A stretch of 64,000 bases of DNA from Schmidtea nova. Its lineage: Eukaryota. The position numbers and the translations under genes are program-made. Location: NCBI GenBank assembly GCA_044892505.1, contig CM097882.1, forward strand, positions 520,056,001-520,120,000. Direction: 5' to 3'. Within the stretch, counting starts at the first letter, position 1; each line of letters starts with the position of its first letter. A model generated the notes under the pieces. It ran no database searches, had not been told where the DNA came from, and saw only the letters and a program-made list of their open reading frames with translations. This document shows, piece by piece, positions 53,297-64,000 of this stretch.

Positions 53297-54659
53297 TCGT
53301 GTGTGTGTATTCAATAGCCGCATTTGGCCCGTGGGCCATTTATTGGAAAGACCAATAAAATTATTCATCATTGATGTACTAAGTACATCAATGGTGAATA
53401 ACTACAAAAATATTATTGATAATTAATTATTATTTTCTTATAACAAATTTAATTAATTAATTAATTCTGAAAAATATTCAGCACTCAGCATTTTAATTTT
53501 CGAAATCCAATCCTTAATATTGCTCTTTCAACAAAGATCCGCTTCGTCATCTGAATCAAGGTAATCAAGGATGCTACATATAACATATTTGCGTATGGTT
53601 TCTATTTTTAAATTTCCGCTGCTTTGGTAGTTTGTAGTTCAATTATTTCTATACATTAAAACAATTATTGTTTAATACTTTGGTCATGAAAAGAAAAAGG
53701 TTAGATAAAATACAATTTTATTTTTGTATTTTGTATTTTGTATTTTATTTTATTAACACTACAGCACAACCATTTTATTCGTGAAAAAGCAAAGTACGAA
53801 TATAAGTGAAATTCATTAAAACAGTATGGACACTGTTATATAAACTATAAGTCTAAATTATCATGCAATATCAGCAAAGTATAGAGGGTGTCTAATACGG
53901 TGAGTGCGCACTTTGATGATTTTATATTTAACGTTAACAACATATACCTAGATTTGGTCAGTGCCAAATATGGCGCTGTCCGCACTGTAGAGTTAATATT
54001 AATTAAATTATAAATTTATAAATATTTTCTATCTATTTTTAAAATTATCAACTATTTGCAAAGAAAAACAAAATGTTAAATGAATATAATTCATCATCTA
54101 AAGTTCTGCGAATTAGATTTTATAAAAAGGAAACTTTACATTTCCGCCAGGAAAATGAATAATAATAATTTTCAAAAGTTTGAAAAAAATTTCCATTAAT
54201 AAAAACAAATATATTTTAATCACCAAAAGCAGAAAGTCTTTTTTTCCCATTAAAACAAAATGAAATTTTTTCCTTGATATTTTGTTTTGATTTTTTTCAT
54301 TTGCAGTTGTATCTAAAACTGAATAAATTCCCCTTTTCCCACTCATGCAGCTGGTTTGAATTTTATTAAATTTCTATTTCCTTAATTCCAAATTTTTAAG
54401 ACTTGTAGCAATTGAAAAAACAAATCTCCAAAATAACAATCGTAAAAACATCAAATTAAATTGTGCACTTTAAAACTACAATTTTCCCTGGAAAATTTAT
54501 CCGAGAGATAATTAAGGTGAATTTGATAAATGTCAAAATATTTCACCAAAATTTCCCAGAAAAAAATATTTGTTCGATAAATTCCCCCTTTTCCCCATTC
54601 AAATTAACTAATTCCTCTTATCTCATTTTTTTGTAATAATAATGAGAAAAAAATCTTAC

Positions 54660-54738
54660 ATCTTGGTTTGCAATTCTTCAGCTGCTCCTCATTTCCTCCC
54701 AATTCCTTGCAAAGCTCTTCTAGAGTTAAAACATGTTT
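54660..54738 (-). CDS. Unidentified host gene, upstream internal exon
   Basis: Acceptor TTTTCAG, donor GTAAGA; KHVLTLEELCKELGGNEEQLKNCKPR plus 1 nt joins exon 44341 as PRFKKYSKEQ. Confidence 0.8.
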
Positions 54739-55559
54739 CTGAAAACAGAAAAAAAAACAATATCAAAAAATAAATAATGCAAATTAATAAAAAAATTAAT
54801 TTAAATCTAATGAATGCTCATTTCCTTCTTCTTTTTGACAAGCGATATTGAAATTGTGGAAAAAACTGACGGAAAATTAAATTATGATGGAAAGCGATCA
54901 AGGGAAAAGGATTCGCATCAATTGTCAGATCGAGACAAATTTGTCAAAATTCACAAAATTCAATTGTAAAATTTTATCAACTGATTCCTAATGAAAATTG
55001 ACAGATTGAAAAACTTTTCATATTATTAGAGGAAATCCTACTGTCGCTTTGAGTAAGGATAATTGAGATTTAATTTTATCCCGCAATATTTCGTTCCGTG
55101 GCGTTGGAATGAGCGTATTAAAATGGAATTAAAATAGATTTGGATGGAGCAGAATTGTAAATTAATGTTTAGAACTCTAAACGCGGAATTTCAAACTACT
55201 TGATGCCGGACCAATTTATTGCTTTAATAGATTATACAAAATTTATAAATTAAAATAAAGGATTTTCTATCTCAAAAAATAATTTTCTTTTTTCAAATAT
55301 CAAAACCAAAAAACTTGTTCTATATTGAAAATTGAACATAGTTTACCATATTTTAATGCCTTGATAAAGGCTGCAATTAATAAACGTATGGCAATTCTAC
55401 AGGATTTTCCCATACTTATTATTGATGATTTATTTGAAGTTATTGTCAATGTAATTGATGGCAATGTAAATAATAGTGAAGCAAAACAATATTAGTTAAG
55501 AAAGCTTTCAAAAAGAATAAATAATTCAAAGAAAGATACAAAAAATGATTATCTGATCA

Positions 55560-56150
55560 ATTGGCATATAGTTTAAATTAACCAATGTTGATAAGATTTC
55601 CCACACTTAGTTATAAAACATGTTGGTGTTGATGATTAATGACAAATGCATTTAATGGAAATAGCACCTTTTTCAAAATTAAATAATGGATACAAGTATA
55701 CTTTGACTTGTATTGAGGTATTAATTTGAGTAAGAATTTAATATAATTTTATTCTAGGTAAAGAATTTTATAATAGCAAAGTTAAAGAAATTATCAATGG
55801 GATTAACCATTACTCGATATTTTCACAATTCAATGCAGCTGTTGTTGCAAGATTCAATCGGACTATGAGAGATAAATTGAAAAATTATAACATGTGCAAA
55901 CATCGAACCTATAATTTAATTATTAAAAGCAAATTTAATGGTTAGAAGAGTAAGAGTTGAACCATCGGTTTTGGCTGGACATCAAATTGGACTTGGCACA
56001 AGGAATGCAATTTATCCAATAAGAAATAAGGAAGTTGAAGAATTTTCATTGCCAATGGAATCTTCGTCATTTTATAAAGAACAAATATTTGGTGATAGAC
56101 GATCACCAAACTTTATTCTTGTTACACTTTAAGGATATAAAAGACATGGC
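55560..56150 (+). pseudogene. Polinton/Maverick-type integrase remnant
   Basis: GVDD..QMHLMEIAPFSKLNNGYKYTLTCIEV; GKEFYN..INHYS..AAVVARFNRTMR. Confidence 0.65.
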
Positions 56151-56499
56151 GGTTCATTTACCAAAACTTATTCAATTTACGATCCTTTTAATGTCAAACT
56201 ATTAAAATATTCAAAAATTAGAATAGTCAAAATATTTTCAATATTTTGAAAATGATAATTGCGGTATTAGTTATATGCAACTAATTATCTGTAATCTTGG
56301 GTATTTGAAACAGAATATACATTGTGGTTGTTAGAATAATTTATCATTCTTAAAATATTATTAAAATGCAAAGGATCATAAGAAAAAATTAATTTTAAAT
56401 TTAAAAATTTTATTTCTCTATTTTTTTGTTTATTAAAAGAAACTTTTTCTTTTTAAAAAGATGTTGATTATTTTAAATTACAATTTAAAATAATCCCAC

Positions 56500-57240
56500 A
56501 TATCTCCCATCTAAACCGAAGGTATGAACGCTGGCTTCAGACGATCGGCTGACACTGTTTTTAGTTTTCCATCTACGTCTATTTAAAAAGTCTTCAGATC
56601 ATCAGAGCGTGATATCACATTGAATGGACCTTCGTATATCGATTGTAAACCAGATCTAATTTCTCGTCATATCAATACTTTAGAACTTTCTTTTAGTTCT
56701 GATAGAATAAATGGTTTGATTGTGGTCAATTTGGCATCATCTCGGTTGACCATGTCTTCCAAGATCGCTTTGAAGCATTTTAATTATATCGTCCCATCGT
56801 CTTCTAAATATTTTAATATAAAATATTCTGGGAGTCTAACCATTGCTACGAAAATCTTTCGGGCTGGTGAAGCTTGTCCCTCAGAAGTGACACAATTCCG
56901 AAGGCCTAGTAAGACCTTTAGTAAACTACGAATCCATGTTTTATTGGCGTCTTTCGAGTGGACTCTTATTGCATTTTTAAGGGCTCTGTGCCATCTCTCA
57001 ACTTTGCCATTTGCTTGAGGATGATAGGCAGTAGTCCGATTATGTGTGATTCCCATTTCTCGACAATACCAGTAAAGTTCTTGATTCAAACTGAAGACCT
57101 TGATCCGAAATAACTGTCTCCAGAGGTCCAAAACGACTTACCCATGTTTCTTCGAGTGTTCTGGTAATGGAAATTGCTGTGATGTCACTAAGTGGTATCG
57201 CTTTCACACAGGAGGTGGCTCTGTCAATAATCGTCAATAA
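56500..57240 (-). pseudogene. Gypsy integrase remnant
   Basis: TIIDRAT..AIPLSDITA, WVSRFGPLETVISD, TAYHPQANGKVERWHRALK, GPF.VI, VSADRLKPA. Confidence 0.9.
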
Positions 57241-57499
57241 TCAATAGGCATCTTAGATCCAGATACACCCATATCAACATCATTAGAATTCAATATAAAA
57301 TTATCTACAGTGACTTTTCTCATCTTTTCAAGAAAAGATTTAGAGTTGTCTTTTTTAGGCAACAACTTGATACTGTATTAATAAACGTAGAAGATAATGA
57401 TCAAGCACGGAACACTAATCCTCTCACAATATCCCTCTTATATTTAAATTTACGAAAACTCAAAGGCGTAGTATACATACCAGTATCAGTCGACTTTCT

Positions 57500-60440
57500 A
57501 TATATTTAAGTCTCATAATGTTTCGTCTTGAGTTGAATGAGTAAATCTAAAAACGCAATCAATGACATTTTCTCTTCCTCACAAGCGAATTTAATGTTTG
57601 TATGCAAACCATTCATGTGATTCAACAAAGGCCTTACATGTTCTCGACTCTCAAACACCAAAGAAATATCATCAACATAACGTTTGCACACAGTTGCTTT
57701 AAAAATGATATGAAGAGATTTTTCTTTCGAAATTAGATATAAAAATGGAAACCATCGTTGGAGCTAAAGGAGAACCCATAGCGACACCATACACTTGTTT
57801 GTACCATTCAATGTTAATCAGAAAATTGATATTCGAGTAATTTACGAAAAGCTTTTTCATCCACAATATCATGTTCAGACTCATTATCATTCCACATCTT
57901 GCAACATAAATTAATCACTTCTACCAATGGAATATTAATGAAAAGACTACAAACATCAAAAGAAACCATAATTTCATCGTCAGTATTTCAGTTCAGCTAT
58001 GCAATAAATGATGCAAAATAAAAGCTATCTTTACATTCAAACTCAGAAATTATTAAAGGTTTTAATAACCCTTCCAAAAATTTGGATATTTTCTATTAAG
58101 CAGTTCTTATCATCGATAACACTGGTCTCATAAACAAACCTTCTTTATGTACTTTTGGAAGTCTATAAAGTTTTGCTGGCTGAGATAATTTCGTATATAT
58201 ATATATAGATCTCGCCAAATCTACATCAATATTTTTTATTATCAGACAATTATTTCAACAGTTTTGACAAAGTTAGTTCATCTTTCAAAGGAGATAACGT
58301 TCCATTTTACGGCAAATCCCTACTTTCACAAACTGGGGAGATAATAATACATCATTCAACTTGTTCACATAGACATCGTGGTCCAAGATCACCAAACCAT
58401 TACTTTTATCATATTTACAAACGTTAATATCTTTTTTAGCCAGATTCTTCAAGATAAAAAAAATCCTTCATGTACTGTTTTTTATTTCTATTAATATAAT
58501 CAGTTGTACTAACATTCAACAAATTCTTTACATAATTATTATCAATATCCTTATCAAACACACACATAAGTGGTGCGCCCAATAAGTCGTGAGACTAATA
58601 TAGAAATAATAATAGTAAAAAACTTGATACAGACATATTTTAACTTCAATATTTATAGGTAAAGAAAATGTATTTTGTTTTAATAATCCATTATTGTTTA
58701 AGTATATTTTTGCGAACATTCGAAAAATGCCTCTAGAAACTACTCAATACCGTAGCGTTATTCGCTTTCTCTTTCTGAAATAAAAAAATAGAGAAGAGAT
58801 TCTTTCTGAACTGAAAGCTGTTTAGCAACAAGAGTGCCCATCCACAGCAACAATTTATCGTTGGTTTAATTACTTTCAGAGTGGTAGAACCTCCGTGGTG
58901 GACGAAGAAAGATCGGGAAGACCATCAGAAATTGATGAAAAATAACGCAAAATCTGCAAAACGAGAGAAAAATAACGACGAGAGAGCTCACAACCCGTCT
59001 AAATGTGAGAAAAGGCACTGTGCATACTCTCCTCACTGAAAGTGGTATTCGAAAACTATGTTCCCGTTTTGTGCCACGCTTCTTAATGGTGGAAATGCGA
59101 CAATGACGCTTGGAATGCTGCTTGGAGAATCTGCAGATCAGGACCAATGTTGGAAACCGTTTCATTGAAAATATAATCACTGTGGACGAGACACCGTTGT
59201 CCTTTTATGTCCCCGAATCTAAAAGAGAGTCTCAAGAATAGAAACTGCCAGGAGAAAGCAGTTCCCTGAAAATGCGGTCCTCAACTTGCCACCGAAAGGT
59301 TCTCATGCTGACGCTGTTTTGGGACGCCAATGGCATTATTCTGACTGACTTTGCTGAATCCGGCGTGAAGATCAATAGTTCTTACTACTCCAACATCGTG
59401 CAGCAAGCAAGAAAAGCACGACGCAAGAGCAGAGTGTGTGATCTCTATTTTTTACACGATAATGCTCCAATCCACACCAGAAGCGTTTCCGTGGCCAAAA
59501 TTGAGCATTGCGGGCTCAATTTGCTTCCCCATCCACCATACAGCCCCGATTTGGCTCCCTCCAATTTTTCCTGTTTAGCCATCTTACGAAGCATCTGCGG
59601 GACCATGTGTTTGCCAACAAACATGATTTGAGAGCAACTGTGGAGAGTTTTCTGGGAGAAAAGCCTACAGAATTCTTCAAAAACGCCTTCGAAAACCTCG
59701 TTATTCGCTGGGAAAACTGTGTCAGTGCAGAAGGAAATTATTTTGAGAAATGATGCCTATTTACCATGCTTGTTCTAAATACAAAGTTTTGTGTTGATAT
59801 CTTAAGTCTTTCTATTTTAGTCTCACGACTTATTGGGTGCACTACGTACTAAGGTACAATCATTCGATTTTCGTGCAAAATTTAGTTTTGTCTAGTCGAA
59901 TTTTAATACCATAATTAGGGTCATATTTTAAAATACGTTCCTCATCATTAGTCAACACAATTTTGCTCATATTTAAAAGTGTCATGTACATCAAATTTAT
60001 AAATACCAAACAAGCTCCTTAAATTATTCACCTTATTAACATTGGAATAATATTTATGCTTTAATTGTAACTCAGAATTATTTATACACCCCTTGGTACA
60101 ATATTGAAAAGTTTTCTACTAAACAAAGGTAAAAATATTCAAATCACATTATTTGCAAATGAAGCTTGGTATCAAAAATTTTTTTTCTAAGATGTCTTCT
60201 AAGGTGTCTAATAATTTTATATTGAATCTAAATCACTAAAGATATTTGTCATACAACTTTTCATAAGTTTTACATAAAGCAAAGGAAAACACTTTCGCTG
60301 CCCCTTTCGTGCAAAACAAAGCACCCTATCAAAAGATGTTTTCTGCAATAAATACCTAAGAAGTTTATCTTGATTTAAAATCATTAAAACTTTCTTTCGT
60401 ACGACTTTTCGTCACAAATAAGAGGTTTTGAAAATTGAAA
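57500..60440 (-). mobile_element. Penelope-like element ORF (N-terminus and RT), split by a mariner
   Basis: YDKSNGLVILD, LPKVHK...RPVLS, SFDVCSLF, YKQVYGVAMGSPLAP, RYVDDI, NGLHTNIKF; N-terminal part 59850-60440 less certain. Confidence 0.85.
58569..59846 (+). mobile_element. mariner, full length, inactivated
   Basis: TIR GTGC(G/A)CCCAATAAGTCGTGAGACTAA, TA TSD; ITVDET, LHDNAPIH, HPPYSPDLAPSNF; several stops. Confidence 0.96.
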
Positions 60441-60452
60441 AGATTTCATGAC

Positions 60453-60850
60453 TTTAACACTTTGCGTCCTTGCCATGATGAACGTTTTGAATCTGCAAAA
60501 GCAATAGACATTTCAAATTGTAGCTCTATTTACTTTCTATCGTACAAATGTCTAAGATTGATCATATGTCAATTTTATAAAAGGTTATTACCATTTGGCT
60601 AAGTGCGCACACAACGTTTTGCAAAAAGAAAAATATTTGAAAATATTTTGACATTGACATGACGTGTTTGACACACTGTAAAACATAGAAAATGAGTCAT
60701 AACCAAAAGCATGGCGCATACCTTTGTAGCCTTAATTACGCCTGACTCACGCCTGATCCGAATAATGAGTCGTCGTGATGACTCATTACTTCTCTGATGA
60801 GCCATTTCTTTGTGAGCAAGTGTGCTCACATCGTACTACTTAATTAATAC
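60453..60850 (-). mobile_element. Probable piggyBac 3' end fragment
   Basis: TTAA|CACTTTGCGTCC terminus with Cys-rich remnants upstream on the minus strand. Confidence 0.4.
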
Positions 60851-60864
60851 TATATTTTCCTAAT

Positions 60865-61300
60865 TATACGTGGCGCGTTCAATAAGTTTCTCGCCTAAGA
60901 TTAAAATAAAAACATTAGAACTTTTATTTCTTTAAGCACGTGAAGACCAATGTAGACATTACTTTTCTATGTATGATTCACCTACAATTGGCTGAATATA
61001 CTCGGCGTCTGAGAATAAATGCCACCTCAGATACTTCTTTAGATGCCAAAAAATATAAAAGTCGCTAGAAACGAAATTAAACCTTAGGGAGAGTACTGGA
61101 ATAACGTTAACCTAGTTTACTCAACTCTAGTCTGGAGAATGCCTGCTATTTAAACAAGTGTATTGTCTTTTTAAAACACCAGTGACGTCTCTGCCTTTCG
61201 TCTCCTCTTCTTTACTGATGTTGCTGCAAGGTTACTGAAGTACTCGACATTATTGTTCACTGACTTGCCAACGAAGTTCATGTATGGAATGCAATTGCTT
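60865..61300 (-). mobile_element. mariner 3' fragment
   Basis: TIR-like TACGTGGCGCGTTCAATAAG; SSDFYIFWHLKKYLR. Confidence 0.65.
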
Positions 61301-61630
61301 TATTTTTTTACCTATACTTATATGGCTACTTCAAAATTAAAAATGAATAAGCTATTATTTTTAATTCAATATTCGGTTAGAAACCTAGTTAAACGCGCAA
61401 CGTTAATATTTTGTACGTCAGTTAACTAGTGAAAATGAGCAAGTCACGGCTTATTTAGCGATGACCTGCCAGACAATTCAAAAATGAAGCATATTATGTT
61501 TTTATCACATAAATAAATAATCTTTACAAAGTGTTTTCTTATTTGTTCATCTCTATGGCAACCATGTGTTACTGTATCTTTAGTTTAATTATTTATTATT
61601 TTTTATTATTTGGTCAATGTACATTCTTAA

Positions 61631-62318
61631 CCCTTTAAGGAAGGGAATTTTTAAAAGAAAGTTTTTAAAAAATAAAAGTGTTTTTTATTCAAAAGTTTAT
61701 TTTTGTATGCTAAATTTCAAAACAATCAACAACACAACCCAACATCACAATCATTACATTCAAATCTTGATCGCTTATTTGCAAGTTTTTTTGATCCTAT
61801 TGTACAAACTATGCATTTTCTTTGGCCGGTAGTGTTTTGATTGTTCTTTTCAATGTAAGAAGGAAAGTGTCTTGAAAATAAACGAAGAGGATTATATATT
61901 CTTGGTCTACCAATATTCGTTTTACATATTGAACAGTATTTGGTAAAAATTTGTTCAAAACCATCAAGTTTATATTTAGTAAATGATAAATTTACTGGAT
62001 TTCTCATTTTGTATATTATGTATGCATTAAAAATAGCAATATCAATCAAATGAAGTTGATATTGATCCATTTCAGATATAAAATTCAAAATAAAACTTTT
62101 TTTATAAAAACTTCTCAATTTATTGATTTTTTGAACAGGATGTGATTTTACAATAGGAAAAAATATCAAAATATTTTAATTTTTTCAAAGTAGGTCATGC
62201 TATATATCAAAATGTGCATCTTTTAATTATCTTTCAAACGATTCCTATATAAAAAAAATTGTTAATCCGTTTTCAAGATATTTGAGTTACTATATATAGT
62301 ACGCCCGTCCTGAAAGGG
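61631..62318 (-). mobile_element. piggyBac deletion derivative keeping the C-terminal Cys-rich domain
   Basis: TTAA TSD; TIR CCCTTT(A/C)AGGA; LIDIAIFNAYIIY, RHFP, RKCIVC..SRFECNDCDVGLC. Confidence 0.88.
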
Positions 62319-63409
62319 TTAAAGTCTTTTTCTAGAAAATATTTCTAATACAACTAATATAAATGAAATTCTCTAAATGGATCTCGATCATAATTTATTT
62401 AGATCAGTGATCTCAAAACCTTTTGAAAATAGGCGACACATTAAATTTTCCTCGATTAAGTGGGTCGGTTAAAATATGTTTTCAATAAAACTCCGCGCCG
62501 GTCGTACTCAGATCAGTCGCAGTTCAGATGCAGGATAACAAGTAATCACATTTCCCAAAGTTTTTGCGAAGGGGATAGGATTTGAGAATTCAGCACTCTG
62601 TGCTAGGTCTTGACAATGAAACATTCGACGTATTTATATAAATTCAAAACGACATCATTCACGTCTCACTAGAGAAAAACAGATAAACTTATAGAAAATT
62701 CTCATTCTAATTTCTTAGTGTACTAGACCCAGATCTGCACAAAGTTCCGCAACAAAGATTTAAAAAAATAGATTTTTAAAAAAAATCAAATCCCAACGAA
62801 AGAAAACCCAACAGTAAATAGAGATATAAAGGCGAAAAGGAATCTTAGGAAAAAAATCATATCAGCACGAGTTATTAGCAAATATTTGCGGTCGCTGGTG
62901 AATTCATGGACCACACTTATAGCGAAATTGATTCAATTACGTAAACATATCATTCCAGCTCATAAACAAAAAATAATTATTTACCGTCAATAGTTCTTTT
63001 TCTGTAGACAGTCTATCTACTTTCATTTGACACATGCGCCGGGTTTTCTTTTGCAAAGTGATTCGGAATTCGTCTCTCTGTTTTTCGTGCATCATGAGAC
63101 CTAGATTATATGGACAATTAATAAAGTCAGTTGTAAACAATTTCCGTGCGATCATCTGTCAGTTCTTGTGTTACATTTACCATCCATAAATATAGATATG
63201 TTGAATCAGTATTGTTTTTCTCAGGTTATGTTGACAAAAATATCAACAAATCCGTAAAATCGATAGAAAGAAACTCTTTCTCTTTTAACGCACATTTTAC
63301 TACAGTAAAATCTTTGATAAGTGTTACGAGGGAAGAATAAATATTTTGAAAAATGGAAAATTTATTTAACAAAATAACTACTAAGTATGACTCTTATCGA
63401 GTATACATG

Positions 63410-63429
63410 CACACACACACACACACACG

Positions 63430-63492
<63 letters not shown>
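63410..63492. repeat. (CA)n(TA)n microsatellite
   Basis: Direct reading. Confidence 0.95.
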
Positions 63493-63498
<6 letters not shown>

Positions 63499-64000
63499 AC
63501 AGCTTACTCTATGTACTGTATATGTAGTATAAGTAAGCTAGGTACAAACTCAAAGAGTCAGAGACAGGAACACATTCCGCAATAGAAGAGAACATTTTTA
63601 AACTTTAATATTTATGATCCCTTATGTAAAATAGAATAGTTTTGGAAAATATTTTAACATCTATCAATATTAGTCATAATATTTTATTGCAAGATATCGG
63701 TGTCCCCCAAAAAGAACTAATCATTAAAATCTGGATTGTAGATTAAATGTAGTACCAAAAACAATTCTAAAGGAACTGAATGAATGTTGGTTTTATTCCT
63801 TAAAGAGCCACATATATCAATGAATATTTTAAAAAAGAGCTTTCATGGACAAAAATATACTCTTATTTAACTGTTAGGTTGTTGGCGAAGTATAATTGGC
63901 GAAGTATAATTACCAAATAATTACGTGACTAACAAAATAGCAATTTTTAGACAATAAAAATCTTTATTGATAATCACAGATGGTACCATAAATTACAAGG

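Noticed and set aside
56590-56620. CTGATGA on the minus strand as a hammerhead core
   Set aside because: No stem II or GAAA; it is integrase coding sequence (SRSDDLK).
62880-63300. ZMYM1-like hAT remnant
   Set aside because: Motif similarity too weak and spread over several frames.

Overview
Eukaryotic, very AT-rich genomic DNA with three N gaps, (AAT)n/(TA)n microsatellites and short GT-AG introns. Composition and TE spectrum resemble a planarian or similar invertebrate; that is inference only. About two thirds of the window is transposon-derived: Ty3/Gypsy pieces, four hAT elements (one apparently intact Buster-type), four mariners, Chapaev3, Merlin, piggyBac derivatives, pogo fragments, a Polinton-type integrase and Penelope-like elements (PLEs). 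Host content is the 3' end of one unidentified minus-strand gene (4 phase-consistent exons, 43342-54738) and an NR2-type nuclear receptor fragment. Best signals: (1) two diverged Gypsy tails (1-6050 and 10480-14345) share the layout integrase C-terminus, signal peptide and TM env-like ORF, a shared unknown domain, then a REX4/ISG20-like exonuclease fold lacking the ExoI catalytic residues in both; (2) a family of 33-nt minimal type I hammerhead ribozymes with a U3-A8 core variant downstream of PLE GIY-YIG ends, two in sense orientation in one host intron, others in palindromic arrays. All protein assignments are motif recognition by eye, not database searches.
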